Below are positions 10,160 through 21,750 of a stretch of 64,000 bases of DNA, in pieces; position 1 is the stretch's first letter, and each line of letters opens with the position of its first letter. Origin of the DNA: Macrostomum lignano (taxonomy: Eukaryota); assembly GCA_002269645.1 (NCBI GenBank), contig NIVC01002433.1:1-64000 (forward strand), in the 5' to 3' direction. The translations under genes were made by a program, and so were the position numbers. The notes under the pieces were generated by a model. It searched no databases, was not told the DNA's origin, and saw only the letters and a list, made by a program, of their open reading frames with translations.

Positions 10160-11155
10160 TGTAGTGAGCCGCTAGTTTATGGTTAGGCGTCGCCCTTGTC
10201 AGCTGTTCCCTCGCCCTCGCCCTGGGTTGCTGTCTGCCGCTGGTCAGCTTCCCACCCCCCCTTTTGTCTGCTTGTTGTCGCCCGCCCTTTTGTCGCTCGG
10301 TTGCGTCTCTGTTCTCAGCCCCCAGCCTCTCGGCTGTTAGCTGTCTCTGTTTCGCTCCCGTCCCGTTTTCCCTGTCTTGTGAGCAAGTCACATGACAGTT
10401 CTTGCGTTCTTTGAGTCTTAAAGTGCAGTAAACATGTTTACTGCACTCGTTGGCCCTGTTTACCGGGTGAGTCACGTGCTTTCGGACCCCTCCCTTCTCT
10501 AAGGAGAGGAGTGACTCATGTTGCTAAAAATAGCAACTGAGTCACAGCCGCGTGTACTCTGGCCGGGGACCTCAAGTGACGTCAGTTCTAAAAATAGAAC
10601 AATTCACGAGGTCTTCCGCGCGCTTGTACCCTGCCCGAGACTCTCGAGTGACGTCAGTTCTAAAAATAGAACAAGTCACGAGGTCTTGAGCGCGGGTGTT
10701 TCCCGGCTATAAATAGGAGCCCTCTCCCCCTTGTTTCCGTCAAGGAGTCTTCTTTCTGTTCAACCTCGAGTTCTACGTCTGCGTGTGACTAAATCCCGAG
10801 TGTCTGAGCCTTTGCGCATATTGATTCTATTCCTATTGCTCCGACTGAAACCCGACCAAGTCAACCCAAGTCTACGAGAGGCTAACTCAGCCCTCCCTCT
10901 ACCATCCTAGCCCGGCAGGTACTGCTGACGAGACGCCCTATTCGTTGCGCTCTAAATCTGCACGCTGTGCTGTGTTCGTTGACTTCATTATTTCGTTCCG
11001 ACGGGAAGCTCACCTCACCGAAGGCCGAGACCTGAAGGAACTGATGGCAGCACTACCTACGCTACTGAGAGTTGAGAGAACTTCCCACTGAAGAGGCTCG
11101 AGTCTTAAGGTAATCCTTAAGTGCCTAAACCGGCAAGAAACCCAACTGTACTTCA
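10160..11155 (+). mobile_element. Probable 5' LTR of Gypsy element 1
   Basis: TGTAGT...ACTTCA termini (imperfect inverted), TATAAATA at 10708-10715, followed by a PBS and gag. No matching 3' LTR was found in the window. Confidence 0.7.
10468..10715 (+). promoter_or_regulatory. LTR enhancer/promoter: 3 MEF2-consensus sites, 3 AP-1 sites, 2 CRE sites, TATA box
   Basis: CTAAAAATAG at ~10524, 10588 and 10660; TGAGTCA/TGACTCA at 10468, 10512 and 10538; TGACGTCA at 10577 and 10649; 41-bp direct repeat with 72-bp period. Confidence 0.6.
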
Positions 11156-11156
11156 C

Positions 11157-11176
11157 TGGTGACGCAGCGGTGAGAT
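11157..11176 (+). other. Primer-binding site, tRNA-Leu-like
   Basis: TGGTGACGCAGCGGTGAGAT versus the tRNA-Leu 3' complement TGGTGGCAGCGGTGGGAT, 1 nt after the LTR-terminal CA. Confidence 0.6.
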
Positions 11177-12418
11177 CCGACTACGACACACCCAAGCCAA
11201 CCTCTCTTTCGAGAACGACATCGGCCAGTAACTACTACGAGTTCAACATGTTCAACGAACGAGACGAGAGCCGGTGCAGCAGCCGGCTGGATCAGCACAT
11301 CAGCAGTTCGAGGCCTGCGGCAGCGGACGCCGCAGCAGCAGCAGCGATCAACGACTTTGGTCAGCAGCCAACGCCGAGGCAAGGTGCGAGAAGCGAGGTG
11401 TCCGACGACCCGCCAGACGAGCTTCTGCAAGGCCTGGACAACATCGGCCGGAACATCATGCACCAGGACGTGAGGACCATCATGGCAGCTCTGCAGCAGC
11501 AGATGGAGCGGCCCGTGAGTAAACAAGTTAAAATTGTGAAGTTTACTCCAAGTCAGGACATTCATGTCTGGCTTGCCGCGTTCGAGCAGCGTTGCGAGAT
11601 GGAGCGCATCGTCGACCCGTTCGAGATGAAACAACACCTCATCGCGAGTCTTGATTTGGCTACTGCGTATCCTTCCTTGCTTAGTATGAATCTTCCGCGT
11701 TTCGCCAGCTACGAGGAGGTCAAGCAGCGTCTGATTGAGCGATTTGCCCGTCATGGTGGTGCTGATGAGTACAGAGAACTGTTGCGACGTCGTCAACAAG
11801 GCAAGAATGAGTCAGCAGAAGAGTTTGCTGACGCCCTGAGAACTCTTGGTGAACGTGTATCCTCGGATGCACCCTGAAGACCACGAGAAGGAGATTGCGG
11901 ATCAATTTCTTGCTGGTATTCGGACGACTCCAGACCTGCGTGAACGGCTGTACTGGGTCCGCCCAAATAATCTTCTTGCTGCGATTCGAGAACTACGACG
12001 ACTAGAAGGCGCCAAAGAATTGGCGCAGCGAACCGCTCAACCCCCGGTTAGGATGTTGGACGGGGAGCAGGACGGCGACCCGAAGCCCGACGTCACCGCC
12101 CAAGCCTTGCTAACTCTAACCGACTTGATCGAGAAGCAGCAGCGACTGCTTGATCACCTAGTGCAGCGTGACCAGCAGCAGGTAGCAAGTCCGCCGCAGA
12201 GGGCCATAGTCCGTTATGGCTGCGGACAGCCAGGTCACCGCATTACCCAGTGCCCGATGCGCCAGAACCAGGGAAACGGCCAGGCGGAGAGCGACAACGG
12301 CACCGCCCTCCGCGAGGTCCAAGTCCAGGCTACGTGGCAGACTCCGAGAGGTCACCAGAAGAAGAGGATGTCGGCTGTGCAGGCGCCAATGCCCACTCCG
12401 ACAGTCGCTCGTCAGTAA
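11170..12418 (+). pseudogene. Gypsy 1 gag (frameshift at ~11860; degenerate zinc knuckle)
   Basis: Retrotransposon gag-like WLAAFEQRCE...YEEVKQRLIERF...RRQQGKNESAEEFADALR, DQFLAGI, and knuckle RYGCGQPGHRITQC (first Cys replaced by Arg). Confidence 0.85.
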
Positions 12419-15400
12419 GTGACGCGGAGTGCGGAGGTTTCGTGGACACCTCCCCGAATCAAAAAATCCATGCGCGTGAGGCCGATCCGTACGTCACAGG
12501 TCGAGTTGCGAGTCGAGAGGTCCCTTTCTTGCTTGACAGCGGCAGCCGGAAAAACTTTCTTGGTTCGTCAACCTGGGCCGCTATTAGACGCCGGATGCCT
12601 CGTTGTATTATATCGCATGCTATTCCCGATTGCGTAACTATGTATGATGGGACGCAGCTCCCACTTGCTTGTAAGGTGACCATTCCGGTGGAGTTCGGTG
12701 ATGTCGTCGCGGACACCGAATTCCTCGTCATGGTCTCCGATTGCGAAAATTTGCTTGGCGTATCGTTTATGCGAGAGCACTGCCAGAACTTGGACTTCGC
12801 TCAAGGAATGTTGAAGTTTAACAATGGCGCGTGCATCCCCGTTCGTTATTCGCGGCGTGAGCTTCAGAACTGCCGAGTGTACACCTCTGAGAAGTGCACC
12901 CTGCCGCCTAGAAGTTCAGCGCTGCTTGCCGTCAGACTGGATGACGGCCACCCTGAGAATCGAGGATCGCCATCAATTGTCGAGCTGGTTAAGTCGAGGC
13001 TGCATCCCAGCTGCAACGCTCTGGAAGCAGCGCCTGCTCTGATGACGATGCCTGAAGGTCGCGGCTACATTGAGGTCGTCAACACCGCCGACAGCGAGGT
13101 GTTCCTGCAAGCCGGTATCCGTGTTGGTGTTGCAACCCCACTCCGAACTGCCGACCTGATGTACTTGAGCGAGACGCCCGAACCTGAAGTGCGACACCTC
13201 CCGAAGAACTCTGAAGAGTCCAGCACAGCATGGCTAGATGAAGTCGAGATCAACAGCGAATTGTCCAAAGAACAACATCAAAGAGTGCGAGATCTACTAG
13301 TCGAATGTCAAGCGGCCTTCTCCAAGCACTCGCTAGACGCCGGCCTGACTCACCTGGTGACCCACGAGATCATCTTGAAGGACCGGACACCAGTCGCGCT
13401 ACCACCGCGCCGAATCCCGCTTCATCTGAAGGACAAACTCGACGCCCTGCTGGACGAGATGTTGGCGAAGCACATCATTCGCCCTGCCTACTCGAGCTAC
13501 AATTCGCCAATGCTCATCGTGCCCAAGAAGGACGGCAACATCCGACTAGTCCACGACTTCAGAGCTCTCAACAACAGGTGTGTGTATCACCCGTATCCGC
13601 TGCCGCACATCCAGGAAACCTTCGCGAAGCTTCGTGGTGCTCAGTGGTATTCCAGCTTGGACCTTGCTCAAGGATTCTGGCAGATCCCGCTGCGCGACTG
13701 CGACCAGCACTTGACGGCATTCTCAGTAATCGACCGCGGCCAATTCTGTTTTAACGTTCTACCGATGGGTCTCCACGATAGTCCCGGCAGCTTTCAGCGT
13801 TGCATCAATAAGCTCCTGGACGGCCTGACGCCAAGGACTGCGCTTGGCTACATGGATGACATCGTGGTGCACTTAGTGACTTTCGAGGAACAGCTGGATA
13901 ATTTGCGAACTGTACTCCAGCGCATCATCGCAGCCAACCTCAAAGTGAAACCGAAGAAGTGTCATTTGTTCCTCAAGGAGCTGCATTATTTAGGTCACGT
14001 CCTGACTCCCGACGGCCTGAAGACCTGTGAGGACAAGATTGCGCAGATCCGTGATTGGCCCGTGCCACAGTCCGTTACTTAACTGAGACAATTCCTAGGC
14101 CTCGCCAATTACTACCACAAGTTTGTCGACGGCTACGCTGGAGTGGCTGCGCCGCTGCATGCCCTGACGCGAAAGGACATTGGCAGCCTGCGGCAGCACT
14201 GGACTCCCGAGCATCAGGTAGCGTTCGACACCTTGAAGAAGAAATTGTGTTCTACTGAAGTTCTCGCTCTGCCTGAATTTAATTCTGATCCTGCTGTGAA
14301 GTTTGTCCTCGACACGAATGCCTCTGATATTCGAATAGGCGCTTGCCTTGGACAACTGCAATCCGACGGCGTCGAACGTCCAATTGCATTCTTTAGCCGT
14401 AAACTTCGCGATCCTGAGAAGCGCTACACGGTCACGAAGAAAGAGCTGCTTGCAATTGTGGACGCTATGCGACATTTCCGTCATTACCTAATCGGCAAGA
14501 AGTTTGAAGTTCGATCCGATCATCGGGCCTTACTGTGGTTACTGAACCAGACTCAGGCCACAGGTATTTTAGGCCGCTGGATCGAACGCCTAAGCGAGTT
14601 CCGCTTCCAGCTCAACCACCGCAAGGGCAAGGACCACGCCAACGCTGATGCCCTGTCAAGAGGACCGGAGGCGCCGCCGATCTCCTTCGAGCATGGCAGA
14701 CTGCTAGAGCAACCTGGTTCTACAGCCCGACCCGGTGACGACCACGACCTGGAACCGGATTTGGACCCGAAACCCGAGGCCACTGCCAGAGCAGCCCTCC
14801 TGAAGACAGTCCACTCTCGCTGCTTGGAGGCCGAGACTGACCTGGACGAAGACCTGGAAGCCACCGCGCCAGCAGCCTTCCAGCACGACGCCCACCGCTG
14901 CAGTCAACGCCTGGAGACCGGCCTGGACGACAACTCAGAGGCCACTGCGACAACAGTCCTCTGCCGCGATGCCCATGCCGCCCGCTGCAATTTGGAGACC
15001 AACCTGGACAAGACCTTGAGGCCACTGGGGACACAGACCTTGACGACGCCCAAGACTACAGGTCTCGGACTCTGAAGACGCACACGGACCAAGATTCAAA
15101 GGCCACCGCACCAGCAGCCCTTCTGATGACGGCCCGCAACGCAACTCCAGGCAAGCAATTTAACTACAACCCCTCCGAGCCTTTCGCTGAGATTTCTCGC
15201 CGTGTTGACAGAGGCCAGAATCTCGCGCCAGCTGCAAGGTCGAAGCTCTGTCCCCCGGGCCGACAGACAGCTGCTCATCGCCTGTGCGGAAAGTCGAGTC
15301 CCCCTTTGCGACACCGTCCAGTGCAGGAGAAGACTCACCCAATTTCGACGACGACTGAGCCGACGGCTACGGCTGCCTGTGACGAGGCGTGCTTCACGTG

Positions 15401-17654
15401 TTGCGTCCCGCCCTACAGCCAAGAGTCGCCTGGGCTAGGCAGTGGAGGCATGCGCGCTGCTCCATCTGCGGAATTTTCTGTCAAGAGAGCGACGATGAGA
15501 ACTTCGATTCGAGATCAACGGACGTACTCCGACGTTGAGACAAAGTCCCTCGGAGCGACCTAATCCTGACGCCGACAAGACGGTGCCGTGTGATCGACTT
15601 GGAGCCATTAAAGCGGAGACTGCGGGAATCCGGACCCCTCAGCCATGCCACGCTGTGCTCACTGATTTTCTGAAGCTGCCGATGACTCGCCAACAGTTCG
15701 TTGACGCCCAACGCGCTGACCGAGCCATCAGCTACGTGCTCAACCTGGTCGAGAACGAAGCCCCGAAGCCTGAGTTCGACGCCCGGTTGCGACTGACGAA
15801 GGAGCAGCGGAACCTGCTCGGATACTACGATAACCTGGAGGAGGACAACGGCCTGCTGCTGATTGACCTGTCCGATGGCCAGCAGCCGCCAAAGGTTGTT
15901 CTGCCTGAGGCCCTTGACGCCCAGGTGCTCCAGGAGCTCCACAGTTCGCCACTGTGTGGACACCTCGGCGAGACGAAGACGTTACTGCGGCTACTCTGGA
16001 GACCCGGATTAGCCCGTGCTACCAAGACCTTCATCAGTAAGTGCCGCACCTGCCTTGAAAGTAAATCGCGACGGCGAGAGAGAGTTCCGGTCCAGAGCTT
16101 CCCAGTTTGCGAAGTTCTGGGTAGAATCCACTGTGATGTAGTAGGACCGATCGCGCAGGAGAGCAAGAGCGGCAACCGCTACATCATGACCTTGTGCGAT
16201 GCGCCGTCGAAGTATCCATTCGCCTACCCGATGAGAAACCAGGAAGCCAAGACAGTCATCAAGCTTCTGCAGGAGCGCTTCATCCCCGAGTTCGGTGTAC
16301 CATGCTGGATCCACACCGACCAAGGCACCAACTTCACCAGTTCGGCCTTCAAGAAGTTCTGCGACCTGTTTGGCATTCGGAATACGACAACAACACCGTA
16401 CAATCCAGCTTCCAATGGACAAGTCGAGAACCTCAACAAGCAGTTGAAGAGTGTCCTCACCTGTCTGCTCGAGCGCAACCACAACGACTGGGACACCTTC
16501 CTCCCGGCCTGCCTGATGGCTCTCCGCTCCAGCGTGCACCCGGTGACCGGTTTCACGCCTCACTACCTGGTGTTCGGCCGTGACTTCCGACTCCAGATCG
16601 ACAACGCGCTGAAGAAGCTGCCCTAAAGAAGCTGCCCGAGTATGCCGACCTGCCCGACTACGTCAAGGACTTCCAACGTCGCCTGGACGAGGCGACTGAG
16701 CTAGCCAAGGAGCGCCTGCATCTGCACCAGCAACTGCGAGACGAGCACTACTCGAACCTGCCCGCCGCCAAGAAGCTTCAACCCGGTGATCTGGTCTTCC
16801 TCAACAATCCGGTGCTTGAACCGGACGAGGCGGAGAAGTTTCATCGACAGCGCAAAGCACTGTACGAAGTTGTCGAGCCTAAGGGCGAGGTTGTCTACAA
16901 GATTCGACGGAGACTGCCCAACCCGAGAGCTAGACGAGACGAACTAGTCGTCCATCGCCGGAACCTTCTGCTCGTGCCTGACGCTGACTACACGAGGACA
17001 TCTGATCCTGAAGTCGACAAGCCGAAGAAACGCCGGCGGCCGCCCGACGTCCCCGATTGCGCAGGACCCGCGACCCTGACGCCGATTCCCGAAGACGACC
17101 AGGACGACCCCGACGATGATGATGATGACGGCTACGACGCAAGGCCGGCCTTCCGATGGCACTTCCGGCCTTTGGCGATCCCGGAGGTGCAGCCAGGAGG
17201 TGGACCGGTCACGACACCAGCGAACCAGGCAAGTGCACTTCGGCGTGAGCCAGTGCCGTATGGTGAATGTCATTTGCATGAGCCTGTTCTTGATGCGTCT
17301 ATGCCTGCTGTTTCTTTTCCGCCCGTTTCTGCTCCCGTCCCCAGTGCTGATTTTTCTGTGGTCCAGACCCCTGGGCCGTCGCTATGCACCACTCCGGTGG
17401 AAGCGCCTGTAGGAATTGTAGATGCCGGTAGGCCGGCTAGGAATCGTAGGCAGCCTGAGAGGCTGATTATTAATCCTAGGGCCAAGACTTATGTTAGCCG
17501 CATCGCCCGCATCCGCTCGCAAATTGAACCGCATTTCAGCACAGAAATGCACCGCCGAGCATTCAAGCGCACTGAGCGCTCGCCAACCGAAGAGGACCGA
17601 GCCTCTTCCCGCCGCAACCGGCCTAGGACGGAGTTGCCGTTTCCAACGGACTAG
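12250..17654 (+). pseudogene. Gypsy 1 pol: protease, RT, RNase H, repeat linker, integrase (disrupted)
   Basis: LLDSGS protease; YNSPMLIV, YPLP, SSLDLAQGFWQI, YMDD; in-frame TAA at 14080; DTNAS/KELLAIV/SDH/ADALSR RNase H; H-H-C-C and CDVVGP/TDQG/VENLN integrase; frameshift at ~16625 from a short duplication; C-terminal domain to 17654. Confidence 0.95.
14745..15140 (+). repeat. About 5 degenerate 81-bp repeats between RNase H and integrase
   Basis: CCTGGAC anchors at 14841, 14922 and 15003 (81-bp period); 27-aa LETxLDxxxEATA units. Confidence 0.75.
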
Positions 17655-17659
17655 GCGAG

Positions 17660-18333
17660 ATGAATATCGCAGTAGATTGCGTTGCTGACACGATTAGCAG
17701 CAGCAGTACGACTGCTGGTGGTGGCGCTTCTGCGGCCGCGGTGTCTGCAGCTCCGTTGCTGGACGACATGGACCTGCGCGCTCAGATCCGAATGTCGTCA
17801 GTGAACCAGCGGAAACGTGAGCCCGAGACGAGGTCCTTGACAGCGCGCTGTCCCGACGTCGTCGTGTCGGCCACCGACTATGCAAGGATAAAGCATGCTG
17901 TGTCCGCCTATGTCAAGGGAGGTTACAGGAGTACTGACGCAGATAAATTGCTTCGGACCTTGTACCTAGCAATTTTCACGGAAGATGAGCTGACTACCTG
18001 CTCTTACACGGGACGTAGGTCGACAAAAACTGGTCCGCCACCAAAAGCGGAAGTGGCAAAGAGAAAAAATTCGCCATTAAGGCGTTTATTCACGGCCTGC
18101 AGTTTCCCAACCAAATTCCGGAAAGAAACTATGCCGAGATGTTTAAGTGCATTGGATTCTGTACTGCGCGAAAACTAAAAAAATCGCTCAAAGTGGCACC
18201 CAGCGGCGATAATAAAAGAAGCAATGAGGTGGCGACGATCGACATCGATGCCGATGAGGACGCCAACAGTGGTGACAACGGCGATCACAATGACGACGAA
18301 GCTGCAGCCTCTCATCCATCTGCAAATCCATGA
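17660..18333 (+). CDS. BEN-domain-like ORF (frameshift at ~18060)
   Basis: KLLRTLYLAIFTEDELTTCSYTGRRS...K, then in the shifted frame EKKFAIKAFIHGLQFPNQ...MFKCIGFCTARKLKK. Matches the BEN pattern LFTxEEL..S.TG.RS...AI..FV...FP by eye. Confidence 0.65.
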
Positions 18334-18579
18334 GTAGAAGTGTACACAGACTGAAATGCAGCCATTTCAGGCATTTTATTATTAACTGGGCGTTTTCTGA
18401 CCTTATCGGGAATTATAGAAAATGGAGAGAGTTGGAGGGAGAAATTTGTGTATGCAACATATCATGTTACGTTAGGCATTGTGCTAAACTAAACAAAGCT
18501 AAACTACACAAAGCTAAATTAAACAAAGCTAAACTAAACCTAAACGTCGCAGTACAATTGGTTTCTAAACTGCTTAACT

Positions 18580-18815
18580 TTTGGTCGCACACGTCTGCCA
18601 TGTCCCACTAGTTCAATTAATTGTTTTTTGGCGCACTTCTGCGATGTCCCACAAATTCAACTAGTTCTTTTTGGCGCACTTCTGCGATTTCCCACTAGTT
18701 CAACTAGTTCTTTTTTGGCGCACTTCTGCGATGTCCCACTAGTTCAACTAGTTCTTTTTTGGCGCACTTCTGCGATGTCCCACTACTTCAACTAGTTCTT
18801 TTTTGGCGCACTTCT
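18580..18815. repeat. 44-bp tandem repeat, about 5 copies
   Basis: Unit TTTTTTGGCGCACTTCTGCGATGTCCCACTAGTTCAACTAGTTC; GGCG anchors at 18717 and 18761. Confidence 0.9.
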
Positions 18816-19320
18816 GGTAACTATATGCACCATATAATGCATTTGAATACTAGCGCGCTTCGCGTAAAGCTTTATTGCTGTAACTACTGGTTATTTCACA
18901 TCTAATATATTTCTGCTGATTCGTATTCCTGTTACTTATTTACATATTATAATACTGTTGGTCAATAGTCAGAAAAGGAACACACAAGGTCACAAAACGG
19001 TCACAAAATACGGTAACAGTAAACAGTAACATAGTACCCTAAACAAAACTGTCACAAAGTATGGTAACATTGATCGGTAACATGTGAGTCTGAACAAACG
19101 GTAGGAAACTACAGTAACATTGATCGGTAACATGTGACTCTGAAAAAAACGGTCACAAATATGGTAACTATGAACGGTATCGTGTTACCTTATTATCATG
19201 AACATAAACGGTCACAATAAACGGTCACAATCATTACAGACCACGGTATCAAGTGGAACGGTAACAGCCCCTTTTTGTGACCGTTTTGTTTTATACGGGC
19301 TTGCGAATTTTCTGGCCAGG

Positions 19321-19600
19321 GATGCACTTCCGCTTGCGAACAGCCGAGGCTTATCATCTGGGCGTACTCTTGAACTTGAGAGCCATGAATCGCGAGAATG
19401 TCGCCGGTAGACCAATTATTCAAGAGAATATACGTCACAAAACTAATGTGACAAATCTAATAGCTTTATTTTTTACAGTCGGACTCTGCCGATTCTGCCT
19501 GCGGCGCGGCCACATCGCTGCAGAGTGCCGTGATCTACCCCGCCGCAGCCGCAGCCGCAGCCGCAGCCGCAGCGGCAGCCGCAGCACCGTTGAAGAATGA
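19321..19600 (+). CDS. Spliced fragment encoding a CCHC knuckle plus RS-repeat tail
   Basis: CRFCLRRGHIAAEC followed by RRSRSRSRSRSGSRS; candidate GT-AG intron at ~19407-19479 (TTTTTACAG acceptor). Confidence 0.45.
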
Positions 19601-19938
19601 AGAAGTTTTCTATCCAAACGTTTTCTGTTTCTGACACCTGACAAATTGATAAGTTCAGTAGCATAACTCTATACATAGCAACTGTTGAGAGAGTTTTTTT
19701 AAACGATAAAAATGATTTCCTATATTCCCTAGATTTCCTATTCATTTTTATTATTTGCTATATGTATACTCTGTCAGTTGCTAGGGCACACATAAACAGT
19801 TTTTGAAGTAGTTTAACAATTGCTTAATTAAAAATTGTAAAAGAAAGCGTACAAATAATTTGTCAAATAAAGATCCACAGAATTTATTACTGGGCACCTG
19901 TTCTGTCTGTCCAGTTTGTTAACCTGGAATGGAACCAG

Positions 19939-21750
19939 GATTGGGATAAATGGGATCAGGATTGTAAGATTGGAATAAATGGGATAAGGATTGGGATAAA
20001 TGGGATCAGGATTGCAAGATTGGAATAAATAGGATAAGGATTGGGATAAATAGGATCAGGATTGCAAGATTGGAATAAATGGGATAGGGATTGGGATAAA
20101 TCGGATCAGGATTGCAAGATTGGAATAAATGGGATCGGGATTGGAATAAGTGGGATCAGGACTGCAAGATTGAAATAAATGGGATCGGGATTGAGATAAA
20201 TCGGATCGGGATTAAAATAAATCGGATCAGGATTGCAAGATTGGAATAAATGGGATCGGGATTAGAATAAAAGGGATCAGGATTGCAAGATTGGAATAAA
20301 TGGGATCGGGATTGGGATAAATAGGATCAGGATTGCAAGATTGGAATAAATGGAATCGGGATTGGAATAAATGGGATCAGGATTGCAAGATTGGAATAAA
20401 TGGGATCGGGATTGGAATAAATGGGATCAGGATTGCAAGATTGGAATAAATGGGATCGGGATTGAAATAAATGGGATCAGGATTGCAAGATTGGAATAAA
20501 TGGGATCGGGATTGAGATAAATCGGATCAGGATTGCAAGATTGGAATAAATGGGATCGGGATTGGAATAAATGGGATCAGGATTGCAAGACTAGAATAAA
20601 TGGGATCGGGATTCGGATAAATGGGATTAGGAGTGCAAGATTGGAATAAATGGGATCGGGATTGGGATAAATCGGATCAGGATTGCAAGATTGGAATCAT
20701 CGGGATTGGGATAAATGGGGTCAGGAGTGCAAAATTGGAATAAATGGGATCGGGATTGGGATAGATCGGATCAGGATTGCAAGATTGGAATAAATGGAAT
20801 CGGGATCGGAATAAATGGGATCAGGATTGCAAGATTGGAAAAAATGGGATGGGGATTGGAATAAATGGGATCAGGATTGCAAGATTGGAATAAATGGGAT
20901 CGGGATTGGAATAAATGGGATCAGGATTGCAAGATTGGAAAAAATGGGATCGGGATTGGAATAAATGGGATCAGGATTGCAAGATTGAAATAAATGGGAT
21001 CGGGATTGAGATAAATCGGATCGGGATTGAGATAAATCGGATCAGGATTGCAAGATTGGAATAAATGGGATCGGGATTAGAATAAATGGGATCAGGATTG
21101 CAAGATTGGAATAAATGGGATCGGGATTGGAATAAATGGGATCAGGATTGCAAGATTAGAATAAATGGGATCGGGATTGGAATAAATGGGATCAGGATTG
21201 CAAGATTGGAAAAAATGGGATCGGGATTGGAATAAATGGGATCAGGATTGCAAGATTGGAATAAATGGGATCGGGATTGGAATAAATGGGATCAGGATTG
21301 CAAGATTAGAATAAATGGGATCGGGATTGGGATAAATCGGATCAGGATTGCAAGATTGGAATCATCGGGATTGGGATAAATGGGGTCAGGAGTGCAAAAT
21401 TGGAATAAATGGGATCGGGATTGGGATAGATCGGATCAGGATTGCAAGATTGGAATCATCGGGATTGGGATAAATGGGGTCAGGAGTGCAAAATTGGAAT
21501 AAATGGGATCGGGATTGAGATAAATCGGATCAGGATTGCAAGATTGGAATAAATGGGATCGGGATTGGAATAAATGGGATCAGGATTGCAAGATTAGAAT
21601 AAATGGGATCGGGATTGGGATAAATGGGATCAGGAGTGCAAGATTGGAATAAATGGGATTAGGAGTGCAAAATTGGAATAAATGGGATCGGGATTGGGAT
21701 AAATCGGATCAGGATTGCAAGATTGGAACCATCGGGATTGGGATAAATGG
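19939..21750. repeat. 50-bp satellite array, about 36 units
   Basis: Unit GGATTGCAAGATTGGAATAAATGGGATCGGGATTGGAATAAATGGGATCA, built from two ~20-bp subunits plus a 10-bp spacer. Confidence 0.95.

Noticed and set aside
11125-17485. Numerous antisense and alternative-frame ORFs over Gypsy 1
   Set aside because: Shadow ORFs expected from GC-rich codon usage of gag-pol; no motifs.
18580-18815. 44-bp repeats as a CRISPR array
   Set aside because: Units are contiguous with no unique spacers, there are no cas genes, and the context is eukaryotic.
17655-19900. 3' LTR of Gypsy 1
   Set aside because: No match to 10160-11155 found downstream, so the element end and TSD are undefined.
19939-21750. G-rich satellite as telomeric repeat
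   Set aside because: It is not a TTAGGG/TTAGG-type short repeat; it has a 50-bp unit and is internal.
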